Shown here in pieces: positions 24,158 to 36,172 of a DNA stretch of 64,000 nucleotides. Source of the stretch: Hyaloraphidium curvatum SAG 235-1. Taxonomy: Eukaryota; Fungi; Monoblepharomycota. Positions within the stretch are counted from its first letter, which is position 1, and each line of letters begins with the position of its first letter. Under the pieces are notes generated by a model. The model had not been told where the DNA came from. It was given only the letters and a program-made list of their open reading frames with translations, and searched no databases. A program made the translations under genes and the position numbers. The stretch lies in contig JAIVFI010000047.1 of assembly GCA_025558095.1 (NCBI GenBank), positions 42,421 through 106,420 of the forward strand. Reading direction: 5' to 3'.

Positions 24158-24995
24158 ATGGCTGTTCCCGCGGAAGGTGCGCGCGCGGCGTCCCCCGCGC
24201 AGCCGCGCCACCACCGGGCGGCGGGGCCGGCGGCGCTGCCGGCCGAGCTGCTGCCGGTGTTTGTCACGCGGGCGGAAGCCTTCAAGATGTCGCACACCTT
24301 GTCGACGCGGCTGCGGTTCGCGGGCTTCAAGGTCGCGCGCGGCCTCGAGGGCAAGACGTTCCGCGAGGTCGCAGACATCTTCGACGCCCCGCCGTCGCCG
24401 CGCAGGGAGGCGCTTCCGCACAGTCCGCGTCGCGACGCGCTGCCGGACCGCGAGCCGCCGGGCGGCGCAAAGCGGGGTGGGTGGCCGTGTCCGCGTGACC
24501 TCCCAACTGCGCACTCACCGCGGTGCACTTCCCACAAAAAACAACCCGATTCCAGCCCGGGCGTCGCTCAGCCCCGAGGCAGAGACCGAGGCCGTCGAGC
24601 TGCTGATGGCGCTGAGCTCCACGCGCGCCTCGTGCTCGCCCGAGCCGCACCATGACGACGACGGCGACGCCTCCGACCCCCAAACCGCCTCGCCCGCGCG
24701 CTCCCTCGCCCCCCGCCGCTCGTCGGACGACGCACCGCCCTCGGGCCCGCCCACGCCCGACACGGTGATGGCCGAGAAGGACGAGGACATGGACGACGGC
24801 GGCACCGACCGGGGCGACCGCGACCCCGCCCCGGCGCCTGCACCGCCCGCGGTGCCGACTACCCTCGTCTCGCCGCCCACCCCGGCAAACGCGGATGCGC
24901 CGCCACCGGACGAACCCGGCGCACACGGGCACCCGCCGCCGGCGGTCCCGCTGCCGCCGACCAAGCGGTACCGGCAGGGTTCCATCTCCTCATAG
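24158..24995 (+). CDS. Whi5/Nrm1-family G1/S transcriptional repressor
   Basis: GTB-like motif LSTRLRFAGFKVARGLEGKTFREV; EAVELLMALSS; many SP/TP putative CDK sites; one intron near 24477-24555. Confidence 0.65.
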
Positions 24996-25320
24996 CGGCC
25001 TCGCGCCGCACCCGCAATGCGGCCGTGTGCCGCACAAGGCTCCGATCGCGGTTCCCCCGTGGGGCAAGCCGCGTGTACATACCGCTCCGCCACCCTTCCG
25101 TGTCGCGAACGCCGCCGGCGCGGGCCCGGGCCCGGCGGCCTTGTTTTGGGCCCCGACGGCGCAATGTAGAATGTTCCTGCCCGTGTTGTTGGGCGGTTCT
25201 GTCTGTTTCCCCTTATTCTGTATGAGGCTTTGTGTGAAGCTGCGAGGCGTTTTCTGCATGATGATTCTTTCTGTACGCGTGATCAATGAAAGCACCGTTT
25301 TTGAAGCTCTACAGGCACGC

Positions 25321-27838
25321 CTACAACCTTGCCTTCACCGGGAGCATGCCCGAGATCACGGGGCCCTTGCTACCATCATTATCTAGCATGGGCCTGTACG
25401 TGCTGCCGATGAAGCTTGCGACTGGGTAGTTGTTCCCCTGGTTGAGCGGATCCGCGATCGCCCACTTGAACAGCGTCTCGTACACCCTGCCGTCGTACCG
25501 CCCCAGCGCGGACTTGAGCTCCCAGTCCGTGAACCCTGCCCGTCCGATCAGCTTCGCATGCACCCCGCGCGGCGCCCAGCACACCCACCCCACGCATCAG
25601 TCAGCGCCACCGCGTCCTTCCTCACCTCCGCGACCAACCCCCTCACGAGCCGGCGCACCCATCCGAGCTGCTCCCCCGAAAGGTACCCGTTGGTCGCGAA
25701 CGCGGGTTCGGCCTCGACCGTGGAGAGGCAGTACAGAAAGAGCAGGCGCTCCAGCGCCGCCCACGCCCCGGCGTCGATGCGCCCGCGCAGGAGGCGGAGC
25801 TGCTCCGCGAAGCTCGAGGCGATGATGAACTGGCCGTGGGCCTTGGAAATCATGTTGCCCTGCGTGACGGGCGGGGCGCTGAGTCGGGGACGAGCGACGG
25901 CTGGACGCACGCATGCATGCATCCATCTGCACACGGGGAGCCCACCTCCCACTGCAGCGCCGTGGGCGCGACCCCCGCATCCACCTCGTCCGCATACCAC
26001 GCGACCAGCCTCCCCGCGCGCGCGGCAAAGATCTTGACGAGCGTGTCGGCGTCAAGCAGGTCCGCCGGCCTCGCTGCCGCGCATTTTGTCGCGCCCCCGG
26101 GAGGAGGCCGTGCGGCCTCGAGAAGGTAGGCGGTCGTGGGCGTCCCGACGGCCGCGCCCTTCTTGCCGGTGCGCATGGCGACCATTGCCTTGTGGAGGTA
26201 GCGCGCGCACTGCAGCGCGATCATCCAGTTGTCTCCTTCACCGGTGACCATGATTCCTGCGCGAGAATGAATGCGTCAGATGGACAGGCAAAACAGCGCA
26301 CGGCCGCGCACCGTAATCGTTGTTGCTGATCCCGCTGAACTCCGAGTACCCGTGGCCCCCGCACGCCCGCCGCATGTCGTCGATCCCCGCGTACGCCATG
26401 TCCGTGCACAGGGCCTTGAGCGAGCTCGCGGTGGCGTGCACCTCGGGCTGCATCGCCTCGGCCGCCGCCGGATCCCGCCGCAGCAGGTCCTCGTATTCCG
26501 CGTACTGCCGCTGCATCATGTCCCGGCCGACGAATTGCAAAGCATAAGCCTCGGCGAGGCGGTAGCACAGCCGGTGGGTCTGCTGGGAGTGGTCGATGAT
26601 GCGGGTTTCGGCGGGGAGGCCGGTGCGCGCGGACCAGGCCGCGCCGACAGAGTCGTTGAAGGCCGAGGGGTCGTTGGCGGCCGTCTGGCGGCGAACGGCG
26701 GAGAATCGGGTGGCGATGGTGACGGATTTGGCGAGGGAGGCGGCGGCGCCGCGGACCATATAAGCGCGAATCATCATCCTGCGACGGCGGAATGCGTGAG
26801 CTGGCGACGATCGGGCTTGCCATGCCAACAACCCACATGGCGGTGTAGACGATCCGCCCCGAGATGTCGCGGACGTACTTCCCGTCCCTCGACACCTTGG
26901 AGAAGCGCGACAGCAGCGCCGTCTTCGGTATGCGGAAGTTGGTGAAGACGCAGAAGCCGTTGTCGATCCCCTGGTTGCCGTACTTGGACCCGATGTCGCC
27001 GACGAAGACCCCCGGGAGAGGCTCGTGCGTTCTTTCGTCGCGGATGCGGAAGACAAAGTTGTGCGGGCCACGGTTGCGGCCGCCGACGACCAGGCGCGCC
27101 ATGAGGGCAACGTGGGTCGCGGACTTGCCCAGAGCTCCGATCCACCTGCGACAGCGCCGGGCGGGGGGTTACTAGGCTGCCAGGAAGCGAACCAACAGTC
27201 CGAACTGGGACTGCTACGCACCATTTGGCCGAGGTCAGGAACGGTGAGCGAACCTCGAAGCAGTCGTCTTCCTGGATGTAATGAACCTCGGTTTCCAGGC
27301 CCTGCACATTGGACCCATGGCCCAGCTCCGTCTGGGCATAAGAGCCGATGATGTTGAAGTTCGCGACTTTTTCAAGAAGCTCCTTCCGCTGCTCGTCCGT
27401 GGCCTCGGTTTCGATGATCGAGACTGCGGCCGTGGCGTCAGGACCCGACGCCAAAGCCCGCCGACGCAGCTTTCCGAGCCCACCGAAAATGGTCGTGGTG
27501 AGCGTCAGCGGTTGCCCGTGCTCCACGAAGCCAAGCGCCGTGTTCCACTCCTGCATCCCCCACCGCTCCTCCCTGCTGATCTCGGCCAGCCTCGCCGTCC
27601 TTTCGACCGACACGCGGACCTGCTCGTGGTGCGGCAGGGAAAAGTGCAGCCGCGTGAAGAGCAGTTCTGACTCCAGGCGGCGGAGCACGGTCCTCCGTAT
27701 CGCCAGCTCGTCGGGGGCGCGCACGACGGACTCCATGGCGCCCACGGGGAAGCTGGCGCCGGCGCGCTCGGCGGCGAGAGACTCGGGGCCCGACGGGCCG
27801 TACGGCTCCAGGTGGGCGACGGCGTCGAAGCTGGCCAT
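25321..27838 (-). CDS. Peroxisomal acyl-CoA oxidase (POX1/ACOX family)
   Basis: SYAQTELGHGSNVQGLET, VGDIGSKYG, DNG, AVRRQ, RRACGGHGYS, TGEGDN, LGRYDGRVYE; C-terminal PTS1 ARL. Confidence 0.94.
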
Positions 27839-28257
27839 GCTGGCGTTCAGGGACGGAGAATGGTGGGAGGCAGCGGAGCGTGGCAAAGACGCGGCAAGTT
27901 CCGCCGCACGTCCCCTTCGCTCGCCAACATTCTAGCTTCTCATTGGGCCGATCCATCCCACAAGGATGATTGAAGTACGGCATTTGTGCTGCGGCATCCG
28001 TGCGATGGCTTGCATCCGTACGAGGTGGCGTCCAGGGTCCCGATCGACGGACTTCAGGCGCCAGCCCCGAGGCGACAGTTCAAAAGGGAGAGAGAACGAA
28101 TGACCATATCGCTCTGATGCTACATCGGCTCTAGATGACTACGGCCATGGGCCAAGGGGGGGGCAAATCGGGGTGAAGCCGTGACAGTGTTTGCGGGTCC
28201 TCACGACGCCGCATCGGAGCAAGTCGGGGCCAGCGGTCTCCCAACATCCAGGGCACG

Positions 28258-31200
28258 ATGCATCTCGCCAGCGCCGCCCGCCGCGCCGCCGGGCTCGTCT
28301 TGCGGGCGCGGCCGAGTGCCGCCCCGCTGCGTGCCGCGGCGGCGCCCCGCGCCGCGCCCTGCCGCCTCCGCCCGGCGCGCGCGCTCGCCACGGCGGCGCC
28401 CGGCCAGGACGCGTTCGCCAACGGCACGAGCGCCGCGGTCCTCGAGAGCATCTACGACTCGTGGCGGCAGAACCCGGCGTCGGTGCCCGCAGACTGGGGC
28501 GCGTACTTCAACGCGCTGGAGAGCCACCAGTTCGTGGCGGTGGCTCCCGGCGTGCAGGTCGCCGCCCCGGAGGCCGTGGTCACCCCGAAGCTGCTGCAGG
28601 AGCAGGTCAAGCGTGCGTGGACCCCCACCGCGCCCGCATCGCCGCTGAAACGCCCCCCCTCCCAAGTGATGGAGCTCATCCGCTCGTTCCGCGTCTTCGG
28701 CCACCTGTCGGCCAACCTCGACCCCCTGGGCCTGTGGAACCGCCCGCCCTACGCAGAGCTGGACTACAAGTTCTGGGGATTCACCGAGGCGGACCTGGGC
28801 CGCAAGTTCTTCGTCGGCGCGCCGCTGGCCCCCGGAGGTGGGTCCCCGCGGGGTGGCGCACCCCCGGCACGCCCTGACCCCGAACGGCAGACGGGTGGTT
28901 GACCCTCGGGGAGATCGTGGACAAGCTCAAGTACACGTACTGCAGCACCGTGGGCGTCGAGTACATGCACATGCAGGACGTGGCGCGGAAGGACTGGATC
29001 CAGAAGAAGGTGGGCTGTTCTGCCCCGCTCCGCCTTTTCATAAGTAACGCGCCCCCCAATTTAGCTCGAGGAGCGCGCGCGCACCTTCACCCCCGAGAAG
29101 AAGAAGATGATCCTCGCGTGGCTGACCTGGGGCGACAAGTTCGAGAGCTACCTGGCCAAGAAGTACCCCTTCACCAAGCGCTTCGGCCTCGAGGGCGCCG
29201 AGTCGCTGATCCCCTGCCTCGAGGCCATCCTCGAGCGCGGCACGGAGCTGGGCATCGAGACGGCGATCCTGGGGATGCCCCACCGCGGGCGGCTCAACGT
29301 GCTGGCCAACGTGATGAAGAAGCCCATGTACAAGATGTTCGCCGAGTTCGAGGACAAGAAGGGCACGCAGAACAACGAGGACGTCGAGGGCTCCGGGGAC
29401 GTCATGTACCACCTGGGCGCGTCGACGGACCGCGTCATGGCCTCCGGCAAGGAGATCCACCTCTCGCTCGTGTCGAACCCGTCGCACCTCGAGGCCGTGA
29501 ACCCCGTGGTGATCGGTAAGACGAGGGCCAAGCAGTTCTGGGACGACGACTACATGTTTGAGAAGAGCATGTCGATCCTGATGCACGGTGATGCTGGTGG
29601 GTCTCGTCCTCGCCGTCAGTGAACGCGGTTGCTGATGGGCATTTGTCTCGAACCCACAGCCTTTGCGGGCCAGGGCGTGGTGGCCGAGACCATCAACCTC
29701 AACGACCTGCCCGACTACACCGTCGGCGGCTGCATCCACATAGTCGTCAACAACCAGATCGGCTTCACCACCAACCCCAAGTTCTCGCGCTCCTCGCCCT
29801 ACCCCACCGACATCGCCAAGGGCTTCCAGGCCCCCATCTTCCACGTCAACGGTGACGACCCCGAGGCCGTGGTGTGGGCCGCCGAGGCCGCGATGGACTT
29901 CCGGCAGACCTTCCGGGACGAGGTCGTGATCGACATCTTCAGCTACCGCCGGCACGGCCACAACGAGATCGACGAGCCCATGTTCACGCAGCCCATCATG
30001 TACAAGAAGATCGCGCGGACGCCGTCGACGCTGGAGCAGTACCGCGAGACGCTGCTCAAGGAGGGCACCTTTGACCAGGGCACCATCGCCGAGGTCGAGG
30101 CCAAGTACATGGCCCTCTGCAACTCGCAGTACGACATGACCTCCCAGGCCGCGTACGAGCCCCCCTCGGACTGGCTCAAGGACTCGTGGTCGGCCATGCT
30201 AAAGCCGTCGCAGCTGGCCACGCGCCAGGAGACAGGCGTGCCGACCGAGGTGCTCAAGGAGGTCGGGATCATGGCCACGGACGTGCCGAGCAACTTCCGC
30301 CCGCACCGCAAGATCCAGCAGATCTACGACGCCCGCCGCAAGATGTACCAGACCGGCAAGGCGCTCGACTGGGGCGCCGCCGAGACGCTCACCTTCGGGT
30401 CGCTGCTCAACGAGGGCTACCACGTCCGGCTGTCGGGCCAGGACTGCGAGCGCGGCACCTTCTCGCACCGGCACGCGGTCATCTACGACCAGGAGACCGA
30501 GGCGCGGCACTGCGCCCTGGCCAACATCAGCCGCAAGCCCACGGGCATGTCCAACTTCACCGTCGTCAACTCGTCGCTGTCCGAGTACGGCGTCATGGGC
30601 TTCGAGTACGGGTACTCGCTCGAGAACCCCAACGCCCTGGTCATCTGGGAGGCGCAGTTCGGCGACTTCGGTGGGCTCCATCCTCGCGGTGCCGTCGTTG
30701 GCGCTGTGTCTGACTTTCGTCCAGTCAACGGCGCCCAGATCATGATCGACCAGTTCGTCTCCTCGGCCGAGCACAAGTGGTACCGCCAGTCCGGCCTCGT
30801 CCTCCTCCTCCCCCACGGCTTCGAGGGCCAGGGCCCCGAGCACTCGTCGGCCCGCCTGGAGCGCTTCCTCCAGGCCGTCAACGAGGAGCCCACCGAGTTC
30901 CCCGAATACGACAGCCTGGACCCCGCGGCCATCTCGGCGACGCTGATGAAGCAGACGCAGAACATCAACATGGTCGTGGCCAACCCGACGACGCCGGCCA
31001 ACCTGTACCACCTGCTCCGGCGGCAGGTCCACCGCATGTTCCGCAAGCCGCTGGTCATGATGAGCCCCAAGTCTCTGCTAAAGGCCCCCTACTGCGTGTC
31101 GGACCTGGAGGAGTTCGGCCCGGGCAAGCGCGTCATGAACGTGATCCCCGACCAGCTCCCGGACCTCGTGGACGGGGACAAGGTCCGCCAGGTCATCTTC

Positions 31201-31705
31201 TGCACGGGCAAGGTGTACTACGACCTCACCAAGGCCAGGGACAAGAACTCCTTCAAGGTCTGGCTCATCTGCCCGCCGTCAGAGGCTGCTCGTGCTGACC
31301 TTTCCCGCTCAGGACGTCGCCATCGTCCGCATCGAGCAGCTCTCCCCCTTCCCCTTCCTCCACGTCCTCATCGAGATGAACAAGTACCCCAACGCCGAGC
31401 TCGTCTGGTGCCAGGAGGAGCCGCGCAACCAGGGCGCGTGGTCCTTTGTCCGGCCGAGGCTGCTGCTGACCAAGACCGAGTCGGCGGGCAAGCCCGCCAT
31501 CGAGATCGTGGGTCCCTCCTAGCGAGCCGGTGCCGGACCCCGCTCATCGCGCTCCGCCCCATTCTAGCGCTATGCTGGCCGCGCGCCCTCCGCTGCGCCG
31601 GCCACGGGCTCCAAGAAGAAGCACTACGCCGAGCTGGAGGCCTTTGTCCGGGACGCGTTCGGCAAGAGTGAGGACCCCAAGTGGAAGGGGCTGGACTACA
31701 TTTAG
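28258..31705 (+). CDS. KGD1: Mitochondrial 2-oxoglutarate dehydrogenase E1
   Basis: Arg/Ala-rich presequence; [64 protein letters not shown]. Confidence 0.95.
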
Positions 31706-31764
31706 GCGTGCCATGTATTGATGTGCCGTAGCCGTGGCAAGGTTTAGAGCGTTTCTTGGATGTC

Positions 31765-32043
31765 GACTTGGCCCTCTCCGATCGCGGCGCGTGGCTCAAC
31801 GCTCCAGCGGGGCTGCTGCGCGCGGACATGTCGTCCAAGCCCGCGTACAACGCGCTGATGCGGCTGATCAGGGGCGAATGGTGGACTCGGACGGCGGGGC
31901 GGACGGGGAGGGACGGGAGACTAGTGGTCAAGGCGTTCTACGTCGTGCACGCGGTCGAGGTGAAGCTCGGCGGCATCACGCGTACGGTGAGGACGGAGCT
32001 GCCGCTGAGGAGCGGGTCGAGGACGGTGACTGTACGGGTGTGA
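31765..32043 (+). pseudogene. Orphan C-terminal fragment of a GH10 endo-1,4-beta-xylanase-like gene
   Basis: LSDRGAWLNAPAGLLRADMSSKPAYNALMRLIRGEWWT..G.T..DG..AFY matches the tail of GH10 proteins. It begins only ~60 nt after the KGD1 stop, leaving no room for the catalytic barrel. Confidence 0.65.
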
Positions 32044-32182
32044 TGGATTGACATTCAATGCTGCTGGACCTCACTCCAATCTCTCTGCTGCACCACGTCA
32101 TCACGCTTCAATCTGCGCGCCAGATTAGATTTGCATGACCGTTATGCCTCATCTGCAACGCACCTTGCCCGACGAGCGCAGG

Positions 32183-32889
32183 CTAGCTGCATCCGGACTC
32201 TGTGCATCCGCCACCGCAGACTGTGGAGTCGCGGACGGTGCAATTGCCGATTCCATCGCAATATCTGTTGGTGACGGTGGGCGTATTGCACCGCGGTCCT
32301 CCGCATGGGATATCGATGGCGGTGATGGCACAGGCACCGTATCCGTTGCAGGTCCTGCCGCATTCACACGGGCCGGGGCCAAAACACCCGTCTGTGGTGC
32401 ACTCTTTCTTGAAATCCCGGGCCCACAGGGTGCCAGTGCATGCGCCTGTGACTCCACCGGTGCGCGCGGCAAGACAGCTCATGCACGTCCCGGTGCACGC
32501 GATGTTGCAGCAGACACTCTCCACGCAGTAGGTGGACGAGCACTCCGCGTTGCTCACACAGGCCTGGCCCAATTGAAGGCTGTACGAACGGTATCGAAGC
32601 CTCCTGCCTTCGCCTGAGTCGATTGTGGTGGTGCAAGTGACTTGGCCTTCAGGGGTGCTGCCATCGTAGTCGCAGAACGCGCCGTCGGGGCAATCACTGC
32701 AGGACGCTGCAAACAGCACGCTTTGCTGCTTTAGGGTTGCCACTGCGGCACATTGCTGCGACGGAGAGGGGCATGGTCAGCTACAGAACTTGGGGGACAA
32801 GGCCGCGTCACCTTTCCCAAGGTCGCGAGCACTATGGCGGTCGCGACCACAAGCGCCCACGCCGCACCCCATTGCGCATGCTGTATCAT
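32183..32889 (-). CDS. Secreted Cys-rich protein: SCxDC/TPEGQV module plus myxobacterial-style Cys-rich region
   Basis: Hydrophobic leader AAWALVVATAIVLA; SCSDCPDGAFCDYDGSTPEGQVTC; GQACVSNAECSSTYCVESVCCNIACTGTCMSC. Confidence 0.6.
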
Positions 32890-33132
32890 AGCAAATGGTG
32901 AGGCGGGAGAAGATCCGACGGCCGGGACGCGGTGGACGCGTGGTCCCTCAGTTGCGAGCACGTTGTGTGTCATCACACCGCCAAGCTGCAAGCAGTTCTC
33001 GCAGTCCCGCACACGATTTATCACGCGTAGGAAATAGCTAAGTACTATGCTATCCCGCGTGCTTGGCGCAGACCGGACTGTCAGAGCTTGGGGGTCTACT
33101 GGCTGTATCGCAACGTGAAGCAGGTCACTATG

Positions 33133-34172
33133 CTACGCAGAGATCGCCGCCACCCCGTTGCTCACGACCACCCTGTCCCCGACCATGACACGGAACCGCA
33201 CCAGCTTCTGTCCCTCCTTCTTCTTCTCCTCCGCAAGGGGCAGTCCCGAATCCGAGGCGTCCCAAAGCTCCGTCCGGAGCAAGTCCCCGGGAATGACGGG
33301 CGAGGCGAAGCGGCAATGGACCATGCGGAGACGCCGGGCAACGCCATCGCAGAAGGCGTAGACGACGGCGCGGCAGGCGAAGCCGATCTGTCGTGGTTGG
33401 GGTGGTCATTATGGGTCCTGGAGCCCTGCGCGCAACTCACCGTGCAGGGACCATGAAGTATGGGCTTGTCGTAGCCATTTTTCTTCGTTACCACGGGATC
33501 AACGTGGTGGGGGTTGAAGTCGCCAGTGAGCCTGAAGATCATTGCCTGGTTGAGATTGGTCTGCAGCTCGACCTGGAAAAGGCCACAGGCCCATGAGCCA
33601 CAAGCCGAGTCCGTAAACCCCTGTGTCCACCCACCGTCTTGTGTGGGGCGCCCGAAAGAGCCGGCAGCGCGTCGAGAGGATCAATGGGACGCTTGGGCCC
33701 GCCCCACCCGCCGCCGCCGAGCGAGAACCCGCATCCCAGCTGCCTGAACAGCGGCTTCCCGTTACCGTCCTTCAGCAGGCTCTCCGAGTCCGTAATGAGG
33801 TGCTTCCCGCCGTCCCAGACGCCCGTCACGCGGCGCTCCAGGGTCGCGTTCGCCTCTGCCACAGGCAGGGGAGCCAGGAACTCCAAGGTGAGGTCGCCCG
33901 CGAGCTGTCCCCGGAAGTTCTGCTTGATTCCCGGGATGACGACCGCGGATTGCTTCACGAGCTCGACGAAATCCGTCACGTCAACGGAAGTCCCCTTGAA
34001 CTGTATGTTGATCGGGAATGGGGAATAGCTGAAAGTCCTTGTCCAGCTCGTAGGTATACTTGAGCTCCGAGCATCCGATGCCGATGTTGTAGAGTATGGT
34101 ATCGCGCCGGTTCCACGCGATGGCCGAGGTGGAGCGGGGCAGACTTGCGAGATCAATGGTCACGGTAGACAT
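33133..34172 (-). pseudogene. MaoC-like hydratase-2 (peroxisomal dehydratase, hot-dog fold), frameshifted
   Basis: [50 protein letters not shown]. Frame break TTC CCC A TTC CCG near 34019 with no intron there. Confidence 0.7.
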
Positions 34173-34752
34173 TCTTCCGCAAACTTCCTCGAGATTCGAG
34201 GGCCGAAGCGTTCCAGGGAGACAGTCGTCGCGCGCGCGCGCGTGCTGTCTCATGGTGGCAAGGGGAGGCCTGCGTTGCCACACAGGCACGCAGGTGATTG
34301 CTCAAAAGGTGAACATGTGAATCCATCCGTCACTCCCACATGATGAAAGGAGTCCATTTGCAGTTCAAGCAAGCCGTGCCGCTTGGTCGTCTGCGGTCGG
34401 TGATGGGCTGTTGGGCCGGCACGTGCAACACCTTTTCGTGCAACCAAGGCGGCTCCCGCCCAGAAGGGCTCAAAGGGCACCAATCAAAGAGCCATTCAGC
34501 AACCGCAAGTCTTCGGAGTCCGGTTGGCACGGCGACCTCCGGCCTACTCGGAAAGCGATCAAACGCACCGCCGGGCACAGCCTCGCGGCGGCCGCCCCAT
34601 AAAGGAAGGGGTCCTTCTCGAATCCGCACTCGCCCACACGCACACCGGTCGCCGCAGCACTTCGAGGCTTCACGGGCCGCATGTCGGAGCGTGAGTCTCG
34701 ATCTCTCGGCGGGTTCGATGCCCAGGATGCTAACTCTGTGCCGTTTGCGCAG

Positions 34753-35901
34753 TCGTCGCGAACGATGTGCCGCCAGGCGTCCAGGTCCTCCCAGTGGATC
34801 CTTCGGCCTCCGTCGGCAGCCCGGGCACCTCCGTCGGTATACTGGTGACTTCCGTTGCGGGGACTCCAGCCGCGGCAACGGCCACGACGGCCTCGTTGGG
34901 ACCCACTGGGGCGGCGTCCTCGGCGCTGGCGACCACCGCCTCGCCAAGCTCGACTTCCCGGCCTGCATCTACGATTTTGGGATCCTCCTCAGCGTCTCAA
35001 ACCACCACGTCCTCCACGGTCTCTACCTCGAGCTCGAAGCCGGCGAGCTCGGCCAGCAAAACGTCTTCGGCTTCTTCCACCCGCACCTCTTCCGTCGGAT
35101 TCGCTTCTAGCACCGCTTCCGCCGTTCCTACGTCGACTTGGGCCTCCCAGACAACAGCCACGAGCCACTTCACGACGGTGTCGGGGACCGCAACGGATCT
35201 GGTCACTGCGACTGCCACTCCGAGCATCGTTCCTTCGGACGCTGTTTCCCCGCTCACATATGGCGTCATCATCGGGATTGCTGCCGGCGGGATGCTGCTG
35301 CTGATGGCCATTGCTGGGCTTTTCCTGTGGCACCGCTCAAGGAGAAACAAAGTGGGTCTAGGTCATTGCGTGACAGAAAGCCTTCGTCTGACGGCATTGC
35401 TTTCGATAGCAGCGATCCGTGACGCAGCCCCAGATGATTGAGGCTCCGTCTTACACCCCATACACCCCCGCTCGCCCCGTTTCGTATCCTGCCGCGACGC
35501 CAGCGCCATCTCCCCCGCCCAAGGAACCGCAAATGTCGCTTGAGGAAATCGAGGCGGTCCGCGCTTCCCTCCGGATTCAAACGGACGTACTTTCTGCCTT
35601 CACTGTGCTGCAACGGAACCGGGAATCCATGTTTGGGCAGGCGCCGGCGCAGGCTCATGGCTTCGTCGCCCTCCCGTCACCTCAGTCGGCGGGCTTCGAG
35701 CACACGCAAGCGGATGCCGCCCTTCCCGACCTTCCGCCAGTAGTACTGCCTTCGGCTCAGGCCGGAACAGCTTCCTTCCGGTACTACAAGAACAACTTTG
35801 CCACCCCTCAGCGATCTTCCTCTTTCATTGGATCACCCCACGCCGATACCCGCCACGGGCTCCCCAGTGCCGCTGAGAGCTACCCTGGAGAGGACGCTTG
35901 A
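34753..35901 (+). CDS. Ser/Thr-rich single-pass membrane protein (Mid2/Wsc-like sensor); 5' exon(s) not defined
   Basis: Long S/T/A tract, TM segment VIIGIAAGGMLLLMAIAGLFLW followed by HRSRRNK, and a Pro-rich cytoplasmic tail after an intron. Confidence 0.65.
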
Positions 35902-36172
35902 TTACCCTACTACTGTACTAGCCTTTGACAGAATCTTGACATCTAATCGACATTCACCTCCAGCTCTCACGCCAGTGCTCAGTGACGCCGTGATCCGATA
36001 GCTCAGCAAGCTACCATTGCGCTTGTCTTCGTCCGGCTGCACTTGACCAAGTAGAAAGATAGCCACAGGTTGTGAGACGATTTCGGGCGGCAGTTTCATA
36101 GGGCTGGGACGACGAGGTTTTCGCTGCGCTGCCGAAGTTCCCACTCACTTTGCCCGGTCCCTGCCCCCGGAA

